In this document: positions 22,012-31,931 of the stretch, piece after piece | How positions within the stretch are numbered: position 1 is the stretch's first letter | Layout: each line of letters opens with the position of its first letter | Source of the DNA: an uncultured Spiribacter sp. | Lineage (GTDB): Bacteria; Pseudomonadota; Gammaproteobacteria; Nitrococcales; Nitrococcaceae | Assembly (NCBI GenBank): GCA_937884605.1 | Contig: CALGDM010000007.1 | Span: 6,714-70,713, forward strand | Reading direction: 5' to 3' | DNA: 64,000 bases | Notes under the pieces: generated by a model | Told to the model about the DNA's origin: nothing | Databases searched by the model: none | What the model saw: the letters and a program-made list of their open reading frames with translations, nothing else | Translations under genes and position numbers: made by a program

Positions 22012-22985
22012 GGCCGCAGGATGATCGAGCCGCTGCTCTGGCGCGACTCCAGACGCTGATGGGCGGCGGCCGCCTCGGCCAGCGGCCATTCGCTGTCGAT
22101 GCGGATCTGCAGATCACCGGCGGCGACACGGGCGAACAGGGCATCGGCCGCCGCCTGCAGTTCGGTGGGGGTGCCGATGTAGTCGAACAGCGACGGCCGG
22201 GTCAGAAACAGCGATCCCCCCGCCGCCAGCTGACCCACTTCGATGGCCGGCGGCGCGCCGGATGACTGGCCAAAGCTGACCAGCAGCCCGCGTTTGGCCA
22301 GACAGGCCAGCGACGCCGTCAGGGTGTCCGCGCCCACCGAGTCATAGACCACCTGCACGCCCTCGCCGCCGGTAAGGCTGTGGACCCGCTCGCTGACCGA
22401 CTCCTCGCGGTAGAGCACCGGGTGGTGGCAGCCATGGGCGCGCGCCTGTTCGGCCTTCTCGGGGCTGCCGACGGTGCCGATCACGGTGGCCCCCAGGGAA
22501 TGGGCCCACTGACAGAGCAGCAGCCCGACGCCCCCCGCCGCGGCGTGGATCAGTACCCGATCCCCCGGTCCCACGGCATGCACCCGCTCGAGCAGCATGT
22601 GCGCGGTCATGCCTTTCAGCATCATGGCCGCGGCCTGATCACCGGCGATGGCCGCCGGCAGCGCCACCACCCGATCGGCGCTGATCACCCGATCGCGGGC
22701 GTAGGCACCCGGCGGACCGCCGACATAGGCGACACGCTGGCCGGGAGCCAGCGCGGTGACACCGTCGCCCACGGCCAGCACCTCGCCGGCGGCCTCGAGC
22801 CCCGGCGTAAACGGCATCTGCGCGGGTCGGTAGAGCCCGGTGCGAAAGTAGACATCGATGTAGTTGACGCCGACATGGGTCTGGCGGATGTGGACCTCGC
22901 CGGGACCCGGCGTGGCATCGGCAACCTCGGCGAGGCGCAGCTCGCCGGGGCCACCAAAGGTTGCGACGCGAATGGCCTGATTCAT
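22008..22985 (-). CDS. qor: NADPH:quinone oxidoreductase (zeta-crystallin/Qor)
   Basis: GVNYIDVYFRTGLY, HAAAGGVG, VYDSVG, SFGQSSG, GSLFLTRPSL. Confidence 0.92.
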   Translation of the reverse strand: MNQAIRVATFGGPGELRLAEVADATPGPGEVHIRQTHVGVNYIDVYFRTGLYRPAQMPFTPGLEAAGEVLAVGDGVTALAPGQRVAYVGGPPGAYARDRVISADRVVALPAAIAGDQAAAMMLKGMTAHMLLERVHAVGPGDRVLIHAAAGGVGLLLCQWAHSLGATVIGTVGSPEKAEQARAHGCHHPVLYREESVSERVHSLTGGEGVQVVYDSVGADTLTASLACLAKRGLLVSFGQSSGAPPAIEVGQLAAGGSLFLTRPSLFDYIGTPTELQAAADALFARVAAGDLQIRIDSEWPLAEAAAAHQRLESRQSSGSIILRP

Positions 22986-25273
22986 GAGGGACTCCCGTCC
23001 TTGCCGCCCGCGATACCGGCTTCGACGCCGGCGAGGGCCGTGAGGTTGACGACGCCTCGTACCGTCACCGACGGCGTGAGGATATGGGCGGGCTTGGCCA
23101 TGCCCAGCACGATGGGACCGATCGACACGGCGTCGGTAACGGTCTTGAGCAGATTGAAGGCGATATTGGCGGCATCCAGCGTGGGCATGATCAGCAGGTT
23201 GGCCTCGCCCTCGAGCTGCGAGTTGGGAAAGATCCGCCGGCGGATCTCCTCGTTGAGCGCTGCATCGCCGTGCATCTCGCCCTCGACCTCCAGCGAGGGG
23301 TCGCGGGCCTTAACCTGATGGAGGGCCTCGCGCATCTTGCTGGCTTCGGTATCGTCCGAGGTGCCGAAGTTGCTGTGCGAGAGCATGGCCACCTTGGGCA
23401 CCATGCCGAAGCGGCGGATTTCATCGGCGGCGAGGGTGGTCATCTCGGCGAGCTGATCGGCGCTGGGGTGGTGGTTGACATAGGTGTCACACAGAAACAG
23501 CGTGCCCTTGGGGGTGATGATGGCGTTCATCGCCGCCAGATTGGCGACCCCGTCGCGCCGGCCGATGACCTCGGTGACATAGTCGAGCTGGCGGTGATAC
23601 TTGCCCACCGCGCCCGAGAGCATGGCGTCGGCCTCGCCCCGGTGCACCATCAGCGAGGCGATCACGGTGTTGCGCGTGCGCACGATCTGGCGGGCCCGGT
23701 CGGGGGTTACGCCACGACGCTCCATGAGCGAGTGATAGAGCTGCCAGTAGGCCTTGAAGCGCGGATCATCCTCGGGATCCACCAGCTCGAAGTCGTCGTC
23801 GATGGCCAGCCGCAGGCCCAGGCGCTGGATGCGCATTTTGACCACCCGGCGCCGGCCGATGACGATGGGCCTGGCCAGCCCGTCGTCCACCACCAGCTGT
23901 ACCGCCTGGAGGATGCGCTCGTCCTCGCCGTCGCCGTAGGCCACCCGCCGCGGGTTCTGGCTGGCGCGCTCGAAGATCGGCTTCATGAGCAGGCCCGACT
24001 GGAAGACATAATTCGACAGCCGGCGCCGGTAGGCGGCGAAATCGTCGATGGGACGGGTTGCCACGCCGCTGTCCATGGCGGCGCGGGCCACCTCGGGGGC
24101 GATACGCGTGATCAGGCGCGGGTCGAAGGGCTTGGGGATGAGGTATTCGGGCCCGAATGACAGCGGTTTGCCGCCATAGGCCGCGCGCACCACATCCGAG
24201 GATTCCATGGTGGCCAGATCGGCGATGGCGCGCACGCAGGCCTTTTTCATTTCGTCGTTAATGGTGGTGGCGCCCACATCCAGCGCGCCGCGAAAGATGA
24301 ACGGAAAGCACAGGACGTTGTTGACCTGGTTGGGGTAATCCGACCGGCCGGTGGAGATGATGGCATCGGGGCGCGCGGCCAGGGCGTCCTCGGGCAGGAT
24401 CTCGGGGGTGGGGTTGGCCAGCGCCATGATCATGGGCTTGTCGGCCATGCGCTTGACCATTGCCGGGGTCAGCACGCCCGGGGCGGACAGTCCCAGAAAG
24501 ATATCCGCGCCGTCGATGGCCTCGCCCAGGGTGCGGGCATCGGTGTCACTGGCATACACCCCCTTGCGCGGATCCATGTACTCGGTCCGGCCCTGATAGA
24601 TCACGCCCTGGCGGTCGGTGGCGATGACATTGGCGGGGTTGAGCCCCATCGAGACCAGCAGATCCAGGCAGGCCACCGCCGAGGCGCCGGCGCCGGAGGT
24701 CACCAGTTTGATGTCCTCGAAGCGCTTGCCCACCAGGCGCAGACCGTTGTAGATCGCGGCGGCGGCGGTGATGGCCGTGCCGTGCTGGTCGTCGTGGAAG
24801 ACCGGGATGTTCATGCGCTCGCGCAGCTGGGCTTCAACCTCGAAGCATTCCGGGGCCTTGATGTCCTCGAGATTGATGGCGCCAAAGGTCGGCTCGAGTC
24901 GGGCGATGGTCTCCACCAGTTTATCGGCGTCGGTCTCGTCGATTTCGATGTCAAAGACGTCGATGCCGGCGAACTTCTTGAACAGGACGCCTTTGCCCTC
25001 CATCACCGGCTTGGAGGCGAGGGGACCGATCGCCCCCAGCCCCAGCACCGCCGTGCCGTTGGTGATCACGCCCACCAGGTTGCCGCGGGCGGTGACATTG
25101 GCGGCTTCACGCTCGTTCTCGACAATCGCCTCGCAGGCGGCGGCCACGCCGGGGCTGTAGGCCAGGGCCAGATCGCGCTGGTTGGCCAGCGGCTTGGTGG
25201 GCGAGACCGTAATTTTGCCCGGCGTCGGGTTGCGGTGGTAGTCGAGCGCGTTCTGTTTAAAGTCCTCAGCCAT
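22982..25273 (-). CDS. maeB: NADP-dependent malic enzyme MaeB (malic enzyme plus PTA-like domain)
   Basis: [48 protein letters not shown]-terminal PTA-like region (GEMHGDAAL). Confidence 0.96.
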   Translation of the reverse strand: MAEDFKQNALDYHRNPTPGKITVSPTKPLANQRDLALAYSPGVAAACEAIVENEREAANVTARGNLVGVITNGTAVLGLGAIGPLASKPVMEGKGVLFKKFAGIDVFDIEIDETDADKLVETIARLEPTFGAINLEDIKAPECFEVEAQLRERMNIPVFHDDQHGTAITAAAAIYNGLRLVGKRFEDIKLVTSGAGASAVACLDLLVSMGLNPANVIATDRQGVIYQGRTEYMDPRKGVYASDTDARTLGEAIDGADIFLGLSAPGVLTPAMVKRMADKPMIMALANPTPEILPEDALAARPDAIISTGRSDYPNQVNNVLCFPFIFRGALDVGATTINDEMKKACVRAIADLATMESSDVVRAAYGGKPLSFGPEYLIPKPFDPRLITRIAPEVARAAMDSGVATRPIDDFAAYRRRLSNYVFQSGLLMKPIFERASQNPRRVAYGDGEDERILQAVQLVVDDGLARPIVIGRRRVVKMRIQRLGLRLAIDDDFELVDPEDDPRFKAYWQLYHSLMERRGVTPDRARQIVRTRNTVIASLMVHRGEADAMLSGAVGKYHRQLDYVTEVIGRRDGVANLAAMNAIITPKGTLFLCDTYVNHHPSADQLAEMTTLAADEIRRFGMVPKVAMLSHSNFGTSDDTEASKMREALHQVKARDPSLEVEGEMHGDAALNEEIRRRIFPNSQLEGEANLLIMPTLDAANIAFNLLKTVTDAVSIGPIVLGMAKPAHILTPSVTVRGVVNLTALAGVEAGIAGGKDGSPS

Positions 25274-25291
25274 GGCGGTCTCTCTGCGTGG

Positions 25292-26083
25292 TCAGGGGTG
25301 GGGTTGCGTCACGAAATCGTTCAGCTCGGCGATGAATCGTTGCGGCGCCTCGGCATGCAGCCAGTGGCCGACGCCGGGATAGCTCACCACCTCGGCGTGC
25401 GGAAAGTGTCGGGCAATGGCGGCGCGTCCCGCGGTGTCGACGTAGTCCGATGCCCCGCCGTGGACAAAGCGCGCCGGCCGGTCGGTCAGCTGGCCCAGGC
25501 CCTCCGGCCAGCCCTGGATGACCGGCAGCTGATCAGCGAGGGTGGCCAGCGGAATGCGCCACATCCAGCCCTCGCCCCGACGCTGCAGGTTGGTGAGCAG
25601 AAACTGCCGGATCATGGGATGAGCGACCGCGGTGGCCAGTTGCGCATCCACCGCGTCGCGGTTGGGTGCCGCCGCCAGATCGATGGACTGCATGGCACGG
25701 ATCAGCCCGCCGTGCTCGTGTTCGTGGTCGTAGGCCATGGGCGCGATATCCACCACCATCAGGCGGCGCAGCCGTTCCGGCTGGGTCAGCGCCAGCGCCA
25801 TCGCCACCTTGCCGCCCATGCTGTGGCCCATGACATCGGCCTGTTCAATGCCTTTGGCATCCAGCAGGGCGATGACATCGGCGGCCATGGCGCGATAATC
25901 CATGTCGGGACAATGCGGCGACTGGCCATGGTTGCGCAGGTCGGGGCGCAGTACCCGGTGGCTCGGCTCGAACGATCGGGCGATGCCGCGCCAGTTGTTT
26001 CCCGAGCCGTACAGGCCATGGAGCATGACCAGTGCGGGACCATCGCCGCCGTCGGTGCAGTGCAGTGCCACCGGATCAGTCAT
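25292..26083 (-). CDS. ybfF: Alpha/beta-fold esterase, YbfF-like
   Basis: HGLYGSGNNW, DLRNHGQSP, GHSMGGKVAM, VDIAP, GHWLHAE. Confidence 0.88.
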   Translation of the reverse strand: MTDPVALHCTDGGDGPALVMLHGLYGSGNNWRGIARSFEPSHRVLRPDLRNHGQSPHCPDMDYRAMAADVIALLDAKGIEQADVMGHSMGGKVAMALALTQPERLRRLMVVDIAPMAYDHEHEHGGLIRAMQSIDLAAAPNRDAVDAQLATAVAHPMIRQFLLTNLQRRGEGWMWRIPLATLADQLPVIQGWPEGLGQLTDRPARFVHGGASDYVDTAGRAAIARHFPHAEVVSYPGVGHWLHAEAPQRFIAELNDFVTQPHP

Positions 26084-29000
26084 TGCAGGCGTTCCTGGGC
26101 ATTCGACGCGACATGCCGCAGCGCCTGCAGTGCGACGCCGAACATGGCGCTATCGGGCTGGGCGCTGGCCTGGATCTGGTCGGTGATCTGGCGCAGGTAG
26201 CCGACCCGGTTGCCCTCGCCGGCCAGCCCGTCCTCGACCCGGGTGGCCGCCGGGCCGTCGGTGGTATGCCGCAGGACGGCTTCGGTGACACGGCGGTGTT
26301 CCTCGTGCAGCGACTCCATCAGCCCGATCCGGTAGCGCGTCTGCCAGTCGTCCTCGGGCTGGAAACGATCGATGGCCGCCCGCAGATCATTGAGCGCCAG
26401 ATAGTCGCCGGCCTGGAAATGCACGCCGGCGGCATCGGTCAGTTCGGCGTCGGCCACGCAGGCTGCGGCGTGGATATCGAGCGCGGGATAGAGCCGCGGC
26501 AGACGGCTCAGGCGCTCGGCCAGGGGCGCCGGCACGCCGGCCGCGATATGCTCGTCGCGCGCCGCGGCCAGCTGTTCGGCGGCGGTTTCGGTAAGCAATG
26601 TCGGCAGCGCCTCGTCCAGGCGGGCCACCGCCTGCTGCATGGGCCCGATGCCTGCCTCGGCATCGCCGCCAGCGCCGCCCGGATGCCGCAGCAGCCAGCG
26701 CGTGGCCTGCTCCTGCAGTGCCCGGATGCTATGCAGCAGCGACTGCTGATGCTGGATGGCCACCGCGTGATCGAGCCCGTTCACTTCGTGCCACAGTCCG
26801 CGCAGGCCATAAATGTCACGGGCCGCCAGATACGCGCGGACCGCCTCGGCGGTATCGGCGCCGGTCGCTTCGGTCATGCGCATCAAAAACGTCGCACCCA
26901 TGCGATTGAGGACATGATTGGCCAGATGCGTGGCGATGATCTCGCGGCGCAGCGGGTGCTGATCGATGCGCGTCGGAAAGCGCTCGCGCAGGGGCGCGGG
27001 AAAATAGCCCACCAGCTCGTGGAGGTTTTCCTCACCCTCCACCAGCGGCGAGTCGAGCAGCTCCTCGAAGCCGCGAATCTTGGTGTAGGACAGCAGGATC
27101 GCCAGCTCGGGGCGGGTCAGCCCACGCCCCTGCTGGGCCCGTTCGGCGAGGGTTTCGTCATCGGGCAGCTGCTCCACCGCCCGGTCGAGGCGGCCCTCGC
27201 GCTCGAGCCGGCGCATGCAGCGATCCTGCTCGGCCAGCCGGGCCGCGGCGCGGTCCTGCATCAGGCTGATGGCCTGGGTCTGGCGATCGTTGTTGGCCAG
27301 CACATGCTCGGCCACGGCATCGGTCATTTCCACCAGCAGCTGGTTGCGCTGCTTGACGGTCAGGTCGCCATCATCGACGCCGCCGTTCATGAGGATCTTG
27401 ATGTTGACCTCGTGGTCGGAGCAGTCCACCCCGCCGGAGTTGTCGATGGCGTCATTGTTGATCTGCCCGCCGGCCAGGGCAAACGCGACCCGCCCCAGTG
27501 GCGTTACGCCCAGGTTGCCGCCTTCGCCGATCACCCGACAGCGCAGGTCTTCGGCATCCACCCGCAGCGAATCATTGGCTTTGTCGCCCACCTCGGCGTG
27601 GCTCTCGGCGCGGGCCTTGACGTAGGTGCCGATCCCGCCGTTCCAGAGCAGGTCCACCGGCGCGCAGAGGATGGCGGCGATCAGGTCGTTGGGCGTCAGG
27701 CGCGGCTGCTCGATCCCCAGGGCCTGGCGGGCCGGTTCCGACAGGGTGATGGACTTGGCGCTGCGGGGCCAGACGCCCCCGCCCTCGGAAATCAGCGCGG
27801 TGTCGTAGTCGGCCCAGCTGGAGGGGCCAAGGGCAAACAGCCGCTCGCGTTCGGCATAACTGCGCTCAGGGTCCGGCTCGGGGTCGATGAACACATGGCG
27901 ATGGTCAAAGGCGGCAATCAGGCGCGTGGTGCGCGACTGCAGCATGCCATTGCCAAACACGTCCCCCGACATGTCACCCACACCCACGGCGCTGAAGGGC
28001 TCGGTCTGAATATCGCGGCCGGCCTCGCGAAAATGCCGCTGGACCGCCACCCAGGCGCCGCGTGCGGTAATGCCCATGGCCTTGTGGTCGTAGCCGCTGG
28101 AGCCGCCCGAGGCAAAGGCGTCATGCAGCCAGAAGCCGTATTCCTCGGCGATGGCGTTGGCGTCATCCGAGAAGGTCGCGGTGCCCTTGTCAGCGGCCAC
28201 CACCAGGTAGGGGTCGTCATCGTCGTGGCGGACCACGTGCGCGGGCGGCCGGACGGCGTCGTCGACGATATTATCGGTCACATCCAGCAGCGCGCGGATG
28301 AACAGCCGGTAGCAGGCCAGCACCTCGTCGCGCTGGGCCTGGCGGTCGCGCGGCAGGCGCTTGCAGACAAAACCGCCCTTGGCGCCCACCGGCACGATCA
28401 GGGCGTTTTTGACCATCTGCGCTTTCATCAGCCCGAGGATCTCGGTGCGGTAGTCCTCGCGGCGTTCCGACCAGCGCAACCCGCCCCGGGCCACCTTGCC
28501 GCCGCGCAGATGCACGCCTTCGACCCGCGGCGAGCTGACGAAGATCTCGAACGCCGGGACCGGCTTGGGGACGCCGGGGATCTGCTCGGGCCGAAGCTTG
28601 AGGGCCAGACTGGGGTGGGGCTGGCCCTGGGCATCGCGCCGGAAGAAGCTGGTCCGCAGCGTCGCGAGCATGGCATCGCGCAGGCGCCGCAGGATGCGGT
28701 CGTCATCCAGGCTTTCCACCGCCTCGAGGCGTGCGTCCAGATCGTCGGCCAGGCGGCCGGCCTGGTCGGCGTCGGCATGCTCCGGGTCGAACCGCGCCTT
28801 GAACAGCTGGATCAGCCCGCTGGCGATGGCCGGATGATCGGCGAGGGTGCATTCCATGTAGGGCTGGCTGTAGGCCATCCCCGCCTGGCGCAGATACTGG
28901 GCGTAGGCCCGCAGGACAACAATGTCCCGCCAGGTCAGGCCGGCCAGCAGGATCAGTCGGTTGAAGCCGTCATCGTCGGTCTCGCGTCGCCAGATGGCGG

Positions 29001-30915
29001 CAAATCCGGACTGGAAGGCGTCCCGCAGCCGGCCTGTGTCCAGCTCGAGCTGAGGGTCGTGGCTGAGGCCGAAGTCATGGATCCAGCATGGCGCCTCGCC
29101 GGCCGGGTGAATGCCGTAGGGACGCTCGTCGATGACCCGCACGCCCATGTTTTCGAGCACCGGCAGCACGTCGGAAAGGCTCATCGGCTGGCCGGCGTGG
29201 TAGAGCTTGAGCCGCAGGCTGCCCACCGGCGCCTCGAGTGGGCGATACAGGCTGATCACCAGGCCGTTGTTGGCACTCAGGGTCTCGAGGCGTTCGATGT
29301 CCTGGGTGGCGGTGCCGGGCGGGGTGTCCTCGCGATAGGCGGCGCTGAAGGCGTCGCGATAGCGGTGATGCAGCGGGTTGCCGCGGGCCTCGCCGCAGTG
29401 TTCGAGCAGTGTCTGTGCCAGATCGTCCGACCATGACCGGGTGGTGGCCGCAAGGCGGGCCTCGAGGGCGTCGGTGTCCACCGTCTGGGCCTCGGGGCCG
29501 CGGAAGTGGATGATGAAGTGGATGCGCGCAAGCACCGCCTCGGAGAGCTGGACGGTGAACTCGGAATGCGCGCCGTCGAACGCCTCCATCAGGATCTGCT
29601 GCATGCGCTGCCGCGTGGCCGTGTCGTAGCGGTCGCGCGGGGCGTAGATCAGACACGAGACGAAGCGGCCAAAGCGGTCATGACGCGTGAACAGGCGCAC
29701 CCGCTGGCGCTCCTGCAGCTGCAGAATGCCCAGGGCGGTCTCGTGGAGCGTCTGCGAGTCGATCTCGAAGAGCTCGTCGCGGGGATAGGTCTCGAGGATG
29801 TGCACCAGTGCCTTGCCGGCATGGCTGTTGGCGCGCAGCCCGGCGCGCTCGAGCACGGCCGCCACCTTGCGTCGCAGCAGCGGGATATGGCGCGGATTGC
29901 GGCTGTAGGCGCCCGAGGTGTAGAGCCCCAGAAAGCGGTGTTCGCCGATCACCTCGCCGCGGGTATTGAAGCGCTTGATGCCAATGGTGTCCATGTAGCC
30001 GTGGCGGTGGACCGTGGCGCGATGACTGGATTTGGTAAGGACCAGCGGGTCGGGATCGCTGGCCTGTTCGCGCATCGCCGGCGGCAGCGCCTCGAAGCTG
30101 CTCGACAGCCGCTCGGCGTTGCGGGTGGGACGCAGCAGTCCCAGGCCGGTGTCCTGGACGGCCTCCAGCCGCAGGGTGTCATGGCCACGCTTGAGGTCGT
30201 AGCGGCGATAGCCGAGGAACGTGAAATGGTCATCGAGCACCCATTCCAGAAACGCATCGATCTCGGCCGGATAGTCATCATCGGCGGCGGGGGCGCGGCG
30301 TTTCAGCGACTGCCGGGCCTGCTCCGCCTGATGGCGCATCGCCTGCCAGTCGGCCACCGCGACGTCGACATCGCGCAGGGTGTCGCGCACGGCGGCCTCG
30401 AGGGCGTCGAGGGGGGCGTCGCCGGCCTGGCGATCCACTTCGAAATGGATCCACGCCTCGGGCTCGCCGTCGCTGGTGGAGCGGTCGCTGACCGCGTTGA
30501 CATGGCCACCGGCGTTGCGCACGACCTCGAGCACCGGATGACTGATCAGGTGGATCATCAGGCCCTGCTCGTTCATCGCCATGGACAGCGAGTCGACCAG
30601 AAAGGGCTGATCATCGGCGACGATCTGGATCACGCTGTGGGTGGACTCCCAGCCGTCCTGCTCGGGGTCGGGGTTGTAGACGCGCAGCGCCACCTCGCCG
30701 CGGGGCCGCCGGTAGCCCAGTCGCCAGTGCGACAGCGCCATGCCGTAGAGGCTGCCGGCCGTGCGCGCGGTCAGATCCTCGGTGGCCATGCCCGCGTAGT
30801 AGCAATCGATGAAACGGTGGATGAGTGCCTGATCCGCCTCGGACCAGCGTTGATCCGCCAGTTGCTCCAGCGCGTCCAGCTGACGCTGGCGTGTCTTGTT
30901 GGCCGCGTGGTTCAT
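26080..30915 (-). CDS. gdhB: Large NAD-specific glutamate dehydrogenase (~1610 aa)
   Basis: GVHLRGGKVARGGLRWS, KAQMVKNALIVPVGAKGGF, DPYLVVAADKGTATFSD, GDMSGDVFGNGML, DNSGGVDCSDHEVNIK. ATG 30915 overlaps the upstream TGA. Confidence 0.95.
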   Translation of the reverse strand: MNHAANKTRQRQLDALEQLADQRWSEADQALIHRFIDCYYAGMATEDLTARTAGSLYGMALSHWRLGYRRPRGEVALRVYNPDPEQDGWESTHSVIQIVADDQPFLVDSLSMAMNEQGLMIHLISHPVLEVVRNAGGHVNAVSDRSTSDGEPEAWIHFEVDRQAGDAPLDALEAAVRDTLRDVDVAVADWQAMRHQAEQARQSLKRRAPAADDDYPAEIDAFLEWVLDDHFTFLGYRRYDLKRGHDTLRLEAVQDTGLGLLRPTRNAERLSSSFEALPPAMREQASDPDPLVLTKSSHRATVHRHGYMDTIGIKRFNTRGEVIGEHRFLGLYTSGAYSRNPRHIPLLRRKVAAVLERAGLRANSHAGKALVHILETYPRDELFEIDSQTLHETALGILQLQERQRVRLFTRHDRFGRFVSCLIYAPRDRYDTATRQRMQQILMEAFDGAHSEFTVQLSEAVLARIHFIIHFRGPEAQTVDTDALEARLAATTRSWSDDLAQTLLEHCGEARGNPLHHRYRDAFSAAYREDTPPGTATQDIERLETLSANNGLVISLYRPLEAPVGSLRLKLYHAGQPMSLSDVLPVLENMGVRVIDERPYGIHPAGEAPCWIHDFGLSHDPQLELDTGRLRDAFQSGFAAIWRRETDDDGFNRLILLAGLTWRDIVVLRAYAQYLRQAGMAYSQPYMECTLADHPAIASGLIQLFKARFDPEHADADQAGRLADDLDARLEAVESLDDDRILRRLRDAMLATLRTSFFRRDAQGQPHPSLALKLRPEQIPGVPKPVPAFEIFVSSPRVEGVHLRGGKVARGGLRWSERREDYRTEILGLMKAQMVKNALIVPVGAKGGFVCKRLPRDRQAQRDEVLACYRLFIRALLDVTDNIVDDAVRPPAHVVRHDDDDPYLVVAADKGTATFSDDANAIAEEYGFWLHDAFASGGSSGYDHKAMGITARGAWVAVQRHFREAGRDIQTEPFSAVGVGDMSGDVFGNGMLQSRTTRLIAAFDHRHVFIDPEPDPERSYAERERLFALGPSSWADYDTALISEGGGVWPRSAKSITLSEPARQALGIEQPRLTPNDLIAAILCAPVDLLWNGGIGTYVKARAESHAEVGDKANDSLRVDAEDLRCRVIGEGGNLGVTPLGRVAFALAGGQINNDAIDNSGGVDCSDHEVNIKILMNGGVDDGDLTVKQRNQLLVEMTDAVAEHVLANNDRQTQAISLMQDRAAARLAEQDRCMRRLEREGRLDRAVEQLPDDETLAERAQQGRGLTRPELAILLSYTKIRGFEELLDSPLVEGEENLHELVGYFPAPLRERFPTRIDQHPLRREIIATHLANHVLNRMGATFLMRMTEATGADTAEAVRAYLAARDIYGLRGLWHEVNGLDHAVAIQHQQSLLHSIRALQEQATRWLLRHPGGAGGDAEAGIGPMQQAVARLDEALPTLLTETAAEQLAAARDEHIAAGVPAPLAERLSRLPRLYPALDIHAAACVADAELTDAAGVHFQAGDYLALNDLRAAIDRFQPEDDWQTRYRIGLMESLHEEHRRVTEAVLRHTTDGPAATRVEDGLAGEGNRVGYLRQITDQIQASAQPDSAMFGVALQALRHVASNAQERLQ

Positions 30916-31925
30916 CGGCTTGCGCACTCCTCCAGTCTCAGGGCAACTCCTGCCATGTTGTAACCTACGCCCGAACCCACCAGCGTGACCAGATCCCCCG
31001 GCCCGGTCAGGCCGTTTTCGATGGCGTGATCGAGGGCGATGGGGATGCAGGCCGAGCCGGTATAGCCGTAGCGATCCATCAGCGTGGGGGCCCTTTGGGG
31101 GGCGATACCCAGTGTTTGGCAGGCCTCGTGAATGCTGGCGGCGTTGATCTGGGTAAAGATCGCCTGATCGATGGTGGTCAGGGCAAACCCGCCCTGGCGG
31201 GCGAGCCGATGCATTACCAGCGGCCAGCCGACGGCGTTGATGGCCGGGGGATAGCGGCGATGGACCTGCACCCGAGTGCGCCCGGCCGCCACCGCGTCGT
31301 GACTGGCGGGCTCGGCGGTGCCGCCGGCGGCAATGTCCCAGTGATCGGCATAGCGCCCGTCGGCGTGGAAGGCGCTGGTGATCACGCCGTCGCCGTCGGT
31401 GGGCGCGAGCAGTGCGGCGCCGGCCCCGTCGCCATAGAAAAACACCATGGGGTCGGCGGGATCGGCGAGCCGCTGCATCATGTAGGCGCCGATCACCAGG
31501 ATCCGCTGCAGCGATGGGTTGGTGGCCATGAGGCCGGTGGCGGTGGCGAGCGCGGTGGGAAACGACGCGCAGGCGCAGCCGATGTCGAGGGTGCCGGCGT
31601 GGTGGGCGCCCAGCTTGGCCTGGACAATCACGCTGGTGGCAGGGGTAATGCGATCGGGGGTGTCGGTGCCGAGGATGATCAGATCAAGCCCGTCGGCGCG
31701 CCAGCCGGCCCGCTCCAGGGCCTGTTGGGCCGCGGCCACGGCCAGATCCGAGGTGACCTGCTCGGGCGCCGCCCGGTAGCGCTGGCGGATGCCCGAGCTG
31801 GCCTCGAAGCGGTCGACGGTGTCGGCCTGGCCCGTCGCCGCCAGATCCGCCCGCAGCTCGTCGTTGCTCACGAGGCGCTCGGGGAGGTAGCGCCCGGTGG
31901 CAACGACGGCGGCGGACCGGCTCAT
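30912..31925 (-). CDS. FabH-fold (KAS III family) enzyme with atypical active site
   Basis: GRYLPE, SGIRQR, TSDLA, CACASF (catalytic Cys), GDGAGA, GVGYN; the HQAN and GNTS motifs are replaced by TQIN and GYTG. Confidence 0.85.
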   Translation of the reverse strand: MSRSAAVVATGRYLPERLVSNDELRADLAATGQADTVDRFEASSGIRQRYRAAPEQVTSDLAVAAAQQALERAGWRADGLDLIILGTDTPDRITPATSVIVQAKLGAHHAGTLDIGCACASFPTALATATGLMATNPSLQRILVIGAYMMQRLADPADPMVFFYGDGAGAALLAPTDGDGVITSAFHADGRYADHWDIAAGGTAEPASHDAVAAGRTRVQVHRRYPPAINAVGWPLVMHRLARQGGFALTTIDQAIFTQINAASIHEACQTLGIAPQRAPTLMDRYGYTGSACIPIALDHAIENGLTGPGDLVTLVGSGVGYNMAGVALRLEECASR

Positions 31926-31931
31926 CGCGGG

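Noticed and set aside
26032..29436. 1134-aa ORF antisense to gdhB, and similar long antisense ORFs at 5861-8182, 35176-37821, 49280-51061 and 60938-63511
   Set aside because: These are shadow ORFs expected from high-GC codon bias opposite well-conserved genes; they carry no recognisable motifs.
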